NCBI GenBank assembly: GCA_964291315.2
Contig: OZ219753.1
Coordinates: 224,001-288,000 of the forward strand
DNA: 64,000 nucleotides
Direction: 5' to 3'
Origin: Candidatus Poribacteria bacterium
Lineage (GTDB): Bacteria; Poribacteria; WGA-4E; WGA-3G
In this document: in pieces, positions 9,872 to 19,893 of the stretch
How the letters are laid out: each line of letters begins with the position of its first letter
Position numbering within the stretch: the first letter of the stretch is position 1
Made by a program: the position numbers and the translations under genes
Notes under the pieces: model-generated
Seen by the model: only the letters and a program-made list of their open reading frames with translations
Database searches by the model: none
What the model was told of the DNA's origin: nothing

Positions 9872-10858
9872 ATGTCAAATCCGAGTAAAGATCAGATGCT
9901 CTTTATGTATCGCAAAATGGTAGAGATTCGTCAATTTGAAGAAGCAGCTGGAAAGCTTTATCAGAGTGGTCAGCTTCCGGGTTTCCTCCACCTCTATATC
10001 GGCGAAGAAGCTACAGCAGTCGGTGTTTGTGCACACTTGCGAGACAGTGATTACATCACGAGTACACACCGAGGTCACGGGCACTTGATTGCCAAGGGCG
10101 GCAAACGCGACCGAATGATGGCAGAATTGTTCGCTCGTACCACCGGCTACTGTAAAGGTAAAGGGGGGTCGATGCACATCGCCGATAAGGAGACCGGTAT
10201 TCTCGGTGCGAACGGTGTCGTTGGAGCAGGGATTCCGCTCGCAGCCGGTGCCGCACTCTCCGCCAAGCTCCGGGGCACAAAGCAGGTTGCAGCGTCTTTT
10301 TTTGGTGATGGCGCGACGAACCAAGGTGTGTTCCATGAAACGCTCAACCTCGCTGCCGTATGGGAATTGCCCGTCGTCTTCGTTTGTGAAAATAACCGAT
10401 TCGGTATGGGGACACCACAGCGGGAACATCAACGCGTAGAAGATATTGCTGCTGTCCGCGCACCCGCCTATGATATGCCGGGCGTTACTGTTGATGGAAA
10501 CGATGTGCTTAAAGTTTATGCAACAGCTGGCGAAGCTATTACACGTGCACGCGATGGAGGTGGACCAACGCTTCTTAACTGCGATACCTACCGATTCCGA
10601 GGACACCACATCGGGGATCCAGGCACTTCCTACCGAGACCGTGAAGAAGTACAAGAACAAGAACGCCAACGTGACCCTATTCGAAGGCTTGCTCAGGTTC
10701 TCATCGAAAAAGAGCGGATCACTCAAGAACAACTCTCGGCACTTGAGGAAGAACTTTCAAACGAACTTGACGAGGCACTTGAGTTCGCTAAAAGCAGTCC
10801 TGAGCCGCTGCCTGAAGATGCCTTGAACGATCTCTATGCCGGTTCTATTCAACCCTGA
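9872..10858 (+). CDS. TPP-dependent dehydrogenase E1 alpha subunit (pyruvate/acetoin type)
   Basis: GFLHLYIGEEA, STHRGHGH, GKGGSMH, FFGDGA...ENN TPP motif, YRFRGH; ATG at 9872 follows GGAAGGGG. Confidence 0.9.
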   Translation: MSNPSKDQMLFMYRKMVEIRQFEEAAGKLYQSGQLPGFLHLYIGEEATAVGVCAHLRDSDYITSTHRGHGHLIAKGGKRDRMMAELFARTTGYCKGKGGSMHIADKETGILGANGVVGAGIPLAAGAALSAKLRGTKQVAASFFGDGATNQGVFHETLNLAAVWELPVVFVCENNRFGMGTPQREHQRVEDIAAVRAPAYDMPGVTVDGNDVLKVYATAGEAITRARDGGGPTLLNCDTYRFRGHHIGDPGTSYRDREEVQEQERQRDPIRRLAQVLIEKERITQEQLSALEEELSNELDEALEFAKSSPEPLPEDALNDLYAGSIQP

Positions 10859-10953
10859 TGCAGAAACGCCAGAGAACAGGCTAGTCCGCTTTGCATATTC
10901 TTGGCAACGGTTTCTAAAGAACTAGATGGATTCACTGCTTTTTTAATCAAAAC

Positions 10954-11511
10954 CTAAATTAACACAAGTTGGCTGGAAAAGGTATGCAACCTTGCTTTCC
11001 ACAAACCCAAAAAAAGCGTTTTGTGGCATCGTGTGCAGTCTCGTGCGTTTTCTCTGGGTGTTGTGCGGGTGTCTTCTTTGACACTCTTGTTTGATGCCGG
11101 GGTTGACGGTGCGGCATAGTCGGCTGTCACAACTTCAATATAAGTGCGTGATTGTCCTCCCGGTCTACTTGTAATGAGAGCTTGATGTCGATCATTTTTC
11201 GGTAAAACAAAGAGAATATCCGGACATTCTGCCTCAATCGCCTGCACATCAGAACGTGTGTAACGTTCGGTCGTGAGTCTCACGAATCGACCGCGTTTCC
11301 AAATAGAGTGGCGCGTCCTAAAATGAACTGGGTTAGGACCTCCAAGTTTCTCAAGGTCTTTTTCTATGAGAAACTTCGCTCCATCGCCAATTGCAACCAT
11401 GCATAGAACACTCGCAATACCGATGAAGATACCGAGGATAGAGAGAACTGCCCGCAATCGGTTTTCAATGAGGTGTCTGAAACCGGCATGTATTGCATCT
11501 TGAAGTTTCAT
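10954..11511 (-). pseudogene. Truncated MacB-like ABC permease (N-terminal fragment only)
   Basis: NRLRAVLSILGIFIGIASVLCMVAIGDG is a MacB first TM; similarity stops after about 135 aa (VVTADY) and no C-terminal FtsX TMs follow. Confidence 0.75.
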
Positions 11512-11512
11512 G

Positions 11513-13512
11513 TTATAGATACGGTTTCATATCCCAGAGCAGGATCGTCCCATCAAAACTGCCACTCGCCAAAAGCGTGCCATCCGGGGAAAAGGCAAGA
11601 TCCTGAACATCGGTAGGGTGTCCCCAAAAGGTTACGATATTCTCACCACTGACAACATCCCATAAACGGATGGAGACTTTCTCGGTGCCTTGCCACCAAG
11701 AACCGGATGCAAGATACCGCCCACACGGTGAAAACGCTAACGCAAATGGATAATAACATCCGAGTGGTGGAAGTATGGACATCGAAATGTCATAAGTTTT
11801 GCATCCCACAAGCGGATCTCTCGATGGAGCCCACCTGCGATGATATTGCCACAAGGTGAAAAAGCGAGCGTCTGAATCTGGATAGAACGCTGTTTTGGCA
11901 CAGTTTTGGAACAGGAGTTACTCCGTCTTTGAATTTCACCAGCATCTCCTTTATACAAGGAAGTGTCTAAAAGTGGTGTTAAGCACAGCAAAGCAATCTC
12001 TCTGCCTGACACAACATCCCACACACGGGCTGTTTTATCTCTTGAAGCACTTGCAAGTCGATTTTCATTAGGAGAGAACACCAAGGCCTCAATGAACTCA
12101 GTATGCCCAATAAGGACTGCCCGTTTTCCCCGATAATCCCATACGTACATTTTCCCTTCTATATCCGCACTTGCCCAGAGTCCACTTGTAGGTGCAAACG
12201 CAGTTCTCTTTACATACTCATCTTGTTCGGCAAGCGTGGCAATCGTTTCGTTGGTTTCAACATTCCACACACACATTGTGTTTTTCTGGGTGCCCAGCGC
12301 GTGAATGCTACCATCTGGGGAAATGGAGATGGAATGGATGCAGGTTTGGGCACGGCGGATATGCCGCGGTTGTTCCTTGGCGACATCCCAACAGGTGGCA
12401 AGTCCGGAACCGGCACTTATAAGCTTTTCTCCATCGGCGGAGAACGTCAGGGAAAACGGTAAGTGTGTGTGCCCAGGAATAGAAGATACTCGATGAATGT
12501 TATCCGCAGTCCATACTTTGAAATCAAAAGCACTTGCAACCGCCAGATGGGTACCCCTTGAAAAGCACATCGCACGGATGGTGTCCCGATGTTCAAACGT
12601 CTTCAGTTTTTTACCTTTTTCGACATCCCACACGGTGATTGTGGTCGCATTAACACCAGCCGCATGCAGTTCTCCTGACGCGGTGTAAGAGGGGATCACT
12701 CTATACTTTTGCGCGTATTCAGAGGAGGCCCACACTTGCCCTTCAGTGGCGATATCCCATACGCGTAAAATGCCAGACTTGTCCCCGGAGGCGAGTAACC
12801 GCCCACAAGGTGAAAAGGAGAGGGCATACACCTGGGTCGTATGCCCTCTGAAACAGGCAACGCGCTCACCAGTACTCACATTCCAGACAGAAATCAAATC
12901 AGCATGAGGGGTGGCACCAGGGCTTACACATGCCAAAAGGCAATCATTCGGGGAAAAAGTCAGGGGGATAGCGGGCCTATAGCTGCGATAAGCGGTATTG
13001 TCTGTGAATCGGGTAACTTCTTCACCTGTTTTTGAGTGCCAAATGAAAACAACCGCCTCTCGTTGACAGGATGCTGCAAGCAGAACGCCCCCTCGCGAAA
13101 AGGCGATCTGGGAAATCTTCTGTGGTTTCCGCGGCTGCTCCATCTCACTGATACAGACACAACCCTTCACATCCCACACCTTTACAATACCATCCCAGTT
13201 GCCAGTAGCGAGCCATCTTCCACATGTTGAAAAATCAACAGCAGAAACTAGCCCCCGCTCCGTCTCCCACAAATCCACCGGAGACATTGTAGCTAATTTA
13301 TACCACCAGAGTCCAAGGCGAGTGCATAAAATCAGATGTGAACCATCTGGCGAAAAGGTTATGGCTTGGACCCATCCCCTTCCCAATCGGGAGATTGCTC
13401 CTTTGGGGAGGTCCCATTTGGTGATGTCCGTGTAGGTACGGGAGCCTTGAATAGAAATAGGCGGAATTCTGCTGCTCATCAAATCACTCCTATAAACAAG
13501 GTTTGGACACAT
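11513..13512 (-). pseudogene. WD40-repeat protein split by a one-base frameshift near 11797-11800
   Basis: Repeated GH...FSP.G..LASG...WD units in both overlapping ORFs; adding one A to the A4 run joins IRLWDAK to TYDISMSILPP. Confidence 0.8.
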
Positions 13513-13609
13513 TAAGGGAAATGTGTCACGAATTGGCCAAACTTTTATCCTATGAGTAAACGAAATTGAAACGGCTTGCCAAATACGTTACTCCTTTGCC
13601 TCGTTTGAA

Positions 13610-14050
13610 TTACTCTGATCTGGTATTCTGTGGTTCACAACCGCCGGAGCAGTCATAGGAATTACATTGGGCGACACAAATGCAATCTGAAACACATTTA
13701 TCTGGAGGGCACTTCTTGACAGTACAGTCATTTGGGTCACAACTTGTGCTGCCGCAGCCGTGACTAATTCCGAGACACTCACACGGATCCTCTTCTGATA
13801 CACTGATAGAGGCATCAGTTCCAACACTTGGAACATCAGTTTCTTCACTGCCACAGCAGCTTCCTGTTTGCACAACAGCTATATCTGAAGAAACAGCATT
13901 CGCGTCTCTCACACAGCAGTTCCGCTTTTGAGTCTCGGTGTTTGCAACAAAGCTGTCATACGTACCCGCGAAAACGAGTCCTCCGACAAAAAGTAGAGCG
14001 ATTAAAACTTGCTAGAGAACATTCGGTTTGTTCAAAAATTTGCTCAACAT
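13610..14050 (-). pseudogene. Secreted Cys-rich small protein with an in-frame TAG at codon 13
   Basis: RBS AAGGAGA then ATG at 14050: MLSKFLNKPNVL*QVLIALLFVGGLVFAG..., continuing in frame into ORF 13610..13912; 16 Cys. Confidence 0.65.
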
Positions 14051-14296
14051 TACTGTTAAATCTCCTTAATTGTTTTCGGCTTTTATTGGATCCACCAGGC
14101 ACAAGCATGCCGGGGGACAATTCTTGATAGTCTACAGAGGATTGCTTTCGGAAGGCAAAGTGAAAGCAGCTTGGCCTTAGTTGGGAATCCCCTGGTCATT
14201 GTAAAAGGTGCTAACCGAAACAATTCACAAAACGCGCAGCGTTTATGATATACTTCCGGTGAGCACGACCCACCTCGGGTTATGGTAGGGCTCTCC

Positions 14297-14327
14297 GCGT
14301 CGAGGGGCGCTTTCACCCCCTCGACGC
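14297..14327. other. Strong stem-loop in the leader of the Cys-rich gene
   Basis: GCGTCGAGGGG / CCCCTCGACGC 11-bp perfect stem; GAAA tetraloop on the minus strand. Confidence 0.6.
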
Positions 14328-14426
14328 ATCTGAAAATCTTTGAGAAACTGCCCATTCCAAAACGATTTGATTAACATTGAAAAAATCTCCAAGAAAAAAA
14401 ACAACGCTGCTCTTTGCATCACTATA

Positions 14427-14460
14427 ATTATACACAAATACACGTTCACAAATACACGTT
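14427..14460 (-). promoter_or_regulatory. -10 box abutting a 14-bp tandem direct repeat (possible operator)
   Basis: CACAAATACACGTT twice (14433-14446, 14447-14460), immediately upstream of minus-strand TATAAT at 14432..14427. Confidence 0.5.
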
Positions 14461-15062
14461 TTTTGTAAAGAAAATTTGTAATAAAATATGATTTTCACCC
14501 AGATTTAGATAAATATTAGCATATTTATGGAAATATCTCACTGAAAAATGGAAACAAATAGGTACTTATGTTAAAATCTATTTGGTCATCTGAAAGAAAC
14601 GCGATGCGATGGAATGCGCTTATTATCCCCCCGGTGTGGCATCCACGAAGGAGATATCACTACACAGTCTGAGGCTTGCAGAGCGGGCTTCCTGCAACAG
14701 CCCCAAGGGTTCTTGTTGCAACTGCACGAAACGCGCGTAACTCACAAGCCATGGAAACGACGCAGCCCTGTAGACACAGGCGTGCCGAAATAAAAGTGAT
14801 TGCAGGGGCGATTCCGGCTGTAATGACAGGCGATTCAGATCGTCAGAACTTCCCTCGGATGTAGCCCCGGCGGCCGCGTCTCTCTGCTGAGAGTTGCTTT
14901 CTCTGATATGCAAGAAAACAGTAGTCCATTTTGCAGAAGAGTGATACAATACGCATCGGAAAACTCCTTTGGGTCGAGATATAATACGCTTATTTTATCA
15001 AAGCGGTTCTCTTCAGAGAAAGAAAACAGTCAAATATTTATTAAACTCACGTTAAACTATTC

Positions 15063-16994
15063 ATGAGAGAAGATGAACTTCCGAAATCGCACGGTGTCAC
15101 ATGGAAATCTATTGCTATTACACTCGTGTTGATTCCGTTTAATTTCTATTGGATCATCGCTGGCGAAGTCGGACTCGTCGGTTACGCGTTGAATACGTAT
15201 GCGGTGCCTTTTTATAACGTTGTCTTCGTTGTATTTGCTTTTACCCTCCTCAATCTCGCGCTTCGCCGCCGCTTATTCACCGATGCGGAACTCCTTACAA
15301 TATATATACTGCTCAGCACAGCTTGCACGTTCCCTTCTATTACGTTGATGACGATCCTCGTCACGACTGTGGGGCATGCTTTCTGGTTTGCTACTCCGGA
15401 AAATGAGTGGAGGCAGCTCTTCTGGGATTACCTTCCGAGGTGGCTTCTTGTGGACGATCCTAAGGTATTGTGGGGATACTATAAAGGAGAATCCAATCTT
15501 TCTACACTAGACATCATCGGCGCATGGTTAGTTCCGGCGTTGTCTTGGGTAGGTTTCATGACGGTTATAGTTCTCATGATGTTATGTATCAACGTCATCT
15601 TACGAAAGCAGTGGGTCGAACGAGAACGCCTCGCGTATCCCATCACACAGATAGCGTTCTATCTTACCCATAACACAAAATCCCTGTTTGCGAGCCGGGT
15701 CACATGGGTGGGTTTTGGCGTTGCAGCGGGCATTGCGATTCTCAACGGCTTCAGTTTTCTGTATCCAACCCTCCCTACTTTGCCTATTAAGCGTATCGGG
15801 GGTTGGCATGGTTTTGGACATCTGTTCACCGAAAAACCGTGGAATGCTATCGGGGCGATCAGTATGTCCTATTACCCCTTTGTCATCGGCCTTGGGCTTT
15901 TGATGCCGTTAGACCTCTCTTTCTCGAGCTGGTTCTTCTTTATCTTCTATAAGGCACAATTGGTGCTTACAAGTGCAGCTGGACTTTCTAGCCTGCCCGG
16001 ATTTCCGTATATTGATAGACAATGTTTTGGGGCAGCTATCGGGATTTTTATCTTTGTGTTTGGGCTGAACCTGCGCCATTTCCGCGGAGTCCTCCGGATT
16101 GTCTATCGCGGCACAGGGGAAGATTCTGACGAGCCTATTCCGTATGGGCTGGCATTGTATGGTATCGTTGGGGGACTCATTATACTCTTTATTTTCTCTA
16201 AGCGGATCGGTATGTCGCTCTGGTTAATTCCACTGTTTTTCGCGATCTACTTTATCATTGTCTTAGTACTAACACGCATGCGCGCCGAACAAGGGTTTCC
16301 TGTGCATGCAATGGAAAATATGCCGAACCATCAGATCCTCGTTGACGCTTTTGGGACACGGATGTTGGGCACAAACAACCTTGTAGCCTTGACGCTCTAT
16401 CGTTGGTTCAACCGCAGTTACACAAGCAATCCGATGCCACATCAGTTAGAAGGTTTTAAGCTCTCGGAACGTTCTAGCATCGCACCGAGGCGACTGTTTC
16501 TTGCATTATTAGGGGTTTCCGCATTTGCTGCTGTGATGGTATTTGCCGTTATCCTCTACCTTTTTTACACGTATGGTGCGTTAAACATGAGTGGTGGCAG
16601 CAGCTGGTCAACCGGTTTTGGTGGGCGTGTCTTCAACGGACTTCAACGTTGGTTCTATTACCCCACAGAACCCAATTTTTATGCCACCGGCGGTATCGTA
16701 TTCGGTTTACTCTTTTCAACGTTCTTAATGTTCATGCGAGCACGTTTTTTTTGGTGGCCCTTTCATCCGATTGGGTTCGTCGTTTCAAGCGATTGGGGTA
16801 TGCGGTATTTATGGAGTTGTATGCTCGTAAGCTCAATTATCAAATGGAGTGTTTTGAAGATGGGTGGATCGCGCTCATCACAGCAATTGGTGATGTTCGC
16901 GATCGGTTTGATGTTAGGTGATTTTACGGTGGGCGGTCTCTGGAGCCTTGTAAGTGTGGTGACGCAGCGACCGATGTACAATTTTTGGCCATAG
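15063..16994 (+). CDS. Polytopic membrane protein, DUF6785/DUF6784-like (OPT-related putative transporter)
   Basis: Many TM segments, ILRKQWVERERLAYPI and WWPFHPIG motifs. Confidence 0.7.
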   Translation: MREDELPKSHGVTWKSIAITLVLIPFNFYWIIAGEVGLVGYALNTYAVPFYNVVFVVFAFTLLNLALRRRLFTDAELLTIYILLSTACTFPSITLMTILVTTVGHAFWFATPENEWRQLFWDYLPRWLLVDDPKVLWGYYKGESNLSTLDIIGAWLVPALSWVGFMTVIVLMMLCINVILRKQWVERERLAYPITQIAFYLTHNTKSLFASRVTWVGFGVAAGIAILNGFSFLYPTLPTLPIKRIGGWHGFGHLFTEKPWNAIGAISMSYYPFVIGLGLLMPLDLSFSSWFFFIFYKAQLVLTSAAGLSSLPGFPYIDRQCFGAAIGIFIFVFGLNLRHFRGVLRIVYRGTGEDSDEPIPYGLALYGIVGGLIILFIFSKRIGMSLWLIPLFFAIYFIIVLVLTRMRAEQGFPVHAMENMPNHQILVDAFGTRMLGTNNLVALTLYRWFNRSYTSNPMPHQLEGFKLSERSSIAPRRLFLALLGVSAFAAVMVFAVILYLFYTYGALNMSGGSSWSTGFGGRVFNGLQRWFYYPTEPNFYATGGIVFGLLFSTFLMFMRARFFWWPFHPIGFVVSSDWGMRYLWSCMLVSSIIKWSVLKMGGSRSSQQLVMFAIGLMLGDFTVGGLWSLVSVVTQRPMYNFWP

Positions 16995-17228
16995 AACGGA
17001 GGACGAGAATGCGTATTCGTCTAATTTTAAGGGTTTTAGTTTGAGGGATTGTTAAAGATGTGCTACAATAAAAATATCATAAAATTAAATCCCTATTTCT
17101 TAAAGGTGTCATCAAAAGAGAATCAATTGGCAAATTCCGTTTTCTTACCTTCCTATAGGAGCGTGTTGGCCAAATACTTGTTAATTTTTACCTTGTCATG
17201 CTATCCTATTCTCTAACGGAAATAAGAT

Positions 17229-18419
17229 ATGGTGCACCGCGATCACCTAAAAAACAGAAAAATGGCTGAACAAACCCTGCTCCAACAGATTATAGACTTC
17301 TGCTCCTTGCTCCGACAGGTTGGAGTCAACGTAACGACAACCAATCAGCTCAGCTGGTGCCGGAGTGTTCAACTTATAGCCATCGGTGAGCGCGAGATAT
17401 TTTATCATACAGCGCTGACAAACCTCATCTCTAAAGACACCGATAGAGAGGTGTTCGATATTGCCTTCAATCTGTTTTGGTGCCATCCACGTGCCGAGTT
17501 TCAAACTGTTGATGCAGAGATAAAAAATGCTGAACCCTCTAGTCTCCAAGACCTCTCTGATGTAAGTGGAGAGCAGAACCACTTGGAAAAGTGGGTGGAT
17601 TTCGATACAGAGGGTGACGAGGAAGGAAGGCAAAACGATCTAGTCGCTTACAGTGCGGAAGAAGTGCTGGCTCGAAAAGATTTTAGCGAGTTTACAACAC
17701 AAGACATGGAAAAAGCGAGAGAGATTATCGCGAAATTAGCAGCACTACTTGCGACAAAACTGAGTCGCCGAAAGGTTTTGGGCAAGAAAGGTAAAACCAT
17801 CGACTTCCGGCGGAGTTGGCGCAAGAGTCTCTCACACGGGGGCGAACCGATCGAACTAATCCGGAAACAGCAAAAAATTAAGAAAACAAAAATATTGCTT
17901 ATCTGTGACGTAAGCGGATCAATGGAGTGTTACGCAAAATTCCTCATCCAATTTATATATGGTATGCAGAAAGAATTGAGGGAAGTGGATGTTGCCGTTT
18001 TTAGTACACATATGACCAATATTACTGGACTCCTCCGCAGCAGAGGGGTAAGGGAAGGCTTAAATGAAGTCGCAAATGTCGTACCGGACTGGTCGGGCGG
18101 GACAAAGATAGGAGAAAGTTTGCTGGAATGCTATCGGCAATTCTCCACCTCTTTCTCGACGTACCGTTCAGTGGTCCTCCTCATTAGCGACGGCTGGGAT
18201 CGAGGTGAAGCGGGAGTGCTCCGGCACGCGATGGAAATGTTACATCGGCATGCCTATCGGTTAATCTGGCTCAATCCGTTGCTTGGTAGCGACAGCTACC
18301 AGCCAATTTGTCGGGGCATTCGCACAGCTTTGCCCTACATTGATTATTTTCTGCCGGCTCACAATTTGGAAAGTCTGGAGGAATTGACAAAGCTATTGAT
18401 TCCACTTTGGGTACAATAA
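17229..18419 (+). CDS. CoxE-like vWA domain protein
   Basis: IDFRRS, DVSGSM MIDAS motif, WSGGTKIG, ISDGWDRG, LIWLNPL. Confidence 0.88.
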   Translation: MVHRDHLKNRKMAEQTLLQQIIDFCSLLRQVGVNVTTTNQLSWCRSVQLIAIGEREIFYHTALTNLISKDTDREVFDIAFNLFWCHPRAEFQTVDAEIKNAEPSSLQDLSDVSGEQNHLEKWVDFDTEGDEEGRQNDLVAYSAEEVLARKDFSEFTTQDMEKAREIIAKLAALLATKLSRRKVLGKKGKTIDFRRSWRKSLSHGGEPIELIRKQQKIKKTKILLICDVSGSMECYAKFLIQFIYGMQKELREVDVAVFSTHMTNITGLLRSRGVREGLNEVANVVPDWSGGTKIGESLLECYRQFSTSFSTYRSVVLLISDGWDRGEAGVLRHAMEMLHRHAYRLIWLNPLLGSDSYQPICRGIRTALPYIDYFLPAHNLESLEELTKLLIPLWVQ

Positions 18420-18470
18420 GATGAAGAACTCGCAAGATAATTTCAAATAAGAAAACGAGGAACACTAACT

Positions 18471-19595
18471 ATGCAAGTTCAAGCGGCAGTGATGCTCCAA
18501 CCGGGACAGATAGAAATCCGAGAATTTGAGAAACCGACACCTACAGAGGATGCCCTTCTGTTACAGGTGGATAGAGTCGGTATATGTGGCAGTGATAAGC
18601 ACATGTATCTTGGCCACACTGCTCTGAAATTTCCGGTTATTCCAGGCCATGAAGTGGTTGGGACAGTGGCTGATATCGGCAAAGATGCGAATCGGATGAT
18701 GAACGTAATAGGCGGTCCCATCAAAGCAGGCGATCGCGTAACCGTAGTACCCGGTTCAAAAAACTGTGGCAGATGCTACTATTGTCTGCATGTACCTGGC
18801 CGCCCGACGCTCTGTTCTGGAAGAACAATCTACGGCTTTAGTAACAGTGAAACCCCTCCGTATCTAAATGGCGATTTTTCCGAGTATACCTACATTCACG
18901 GTAATTCTTGGGTTTATAAGATGCCAGAAAATATTCCTCAGGAAATTCAGGTGTTGACAGAGCCTGGGGCGGTAGCGACACGTGCGGTTGAACGCGCTTG
19001 TGCACCCGGGATGCCACAAATTGGGAATGGATACAGCATTGGAAGTCGGGTTGCAGTGCTCGGGTGCGGACCGATCGGTCTGCTTGTTGTTGCAGTGCTA
19101 CGGGACAGCGGGGCTGGTACTATCATCGTCACTGATCTCCTCGAAAGTCGATTGGAGATGGCAAAACAGATGGGGGCAGATGTCGTTATCAATGTCGGAG
19201 AAACAACGCTTGAAGAACGAGTCGCGCAAATTCATGACCTCACAAACGGAGTCGGTGTGGACATCGCAATTGAGTGTGCGGGGTTGCCTATGGTCTTCTC
19301 TGAGGCATTGGAGACCGTGCGACGCGGCGGGAAAGTTATTGAAGTCGGACACTATACAGATTCCGGGGATACACGAGTGCGTCCGCATCAAATTTGCAAT
19401 AAGGACCTCGATGTCTGCGGGGTGTGGGCATACCCGCAGATTCAATTTCAGACGGCGTTAGACTTCCTCCAGATAACTCGCTCCCCGCTGCACAAGTTGA
19501 TAACACATCATTTGCCCCTGTACCAATTAGAGAAAGGCATCGACATGCTCGGACAAGAAGGAGTGTATAAAGTTGTGATTGAACCACAACTGTAG
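18471..19595 (+). CDS. Zn-dependent alcohol dehydrogenase (MDR family)
   Basis: GICGSD, PGHE, CGRCYYC...C Zn motif, GCGPIG. Confidence 0.9.
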   Translation: MQVQAAVMLQPGQIEIREFEKPTPTEDALLLQVDRVGICGSDKHMYLGHTALKFPVIPGHEVVGTVADIGKDANRMMNVIGGPIKAGDRVTVVPGSKNCGRCYYCLHVPGRPTLCSGRTIYGFSNSETPPYLNGDFSEYTYIHGNSWVYKMPENIPQEIQVLTEPGAVATRAVERACAPGMPQIGNGYSIGSRVAVLGCGPIGLLVVAVLRDSGAGTIIVTDLLESRLEMAKQMGADVVINVGETTLEERVAQIHDLTNGVGVDIAIECAGLPMVFSEALETVRRGGKVIEVGHYTDSGDTRVRPHQICNKDLDVCGVWAYPQIQFQTALDFLQITRSPLHKLITHHLPLYQLEKGIDMLGQEGVYKVVIEPQL

Positions 19596-19893
19596 CACAA
19601 AGCTAACACTTTGGTAGATGGAATAGGCTGCGTTTTGCAGAGGATCTGCCGGTGTATGAGCCCGTTTAAAATTCATTATAAAATTAACGTGAGTTTGAAA
19701 AAAGACTGAGCAGGTTCTTTTGTAGCGGAACATGTTCGCTTCCTCTGCAAACGACTTGTAGCATAGACTGTCCGTCTTTGCATCCGCAACACTTGCAGCT
19801 AAAACGGATCGGTTTTGCAAGGTTCTCTTTATCCAAATATGAACTCAATAATTATCAAGCTTGCATTAAGATTAGATATGAGGTCAAAGAAAC

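Noticed and set aside
9875-10732. 285-aa antisense ORF (and the many other shadow ORFs in the track)
   Set aside because: Lies entirely opposite a well-supported gene and has no recognisable motifs.
11040-11110. GTCAACCCC on the minus strand resembling an IS200/IS605 or IscB-type end
   Set aside because: The match is too short and no nuclease or transposase ORF is nearby.
14012-14014. Pyrrolysine readthrough of the in-frame TAG
   Set aside because: The codon lies in a signal peptide, no pyl genes are in the window, and neighbouring genes are also broken, so nonsense mutation is simpler.
14623-14949. 108-aa minus-strand ORF, or tmRNA (GGGGCGATTCCGG resembles a tmRNA 5' end)
   Set aside because: The ORF has no motif and is out of frame with the nearby RBS-ATG; no T-arm/CCA acceptor end or tag reading frame was found for tmRNA.
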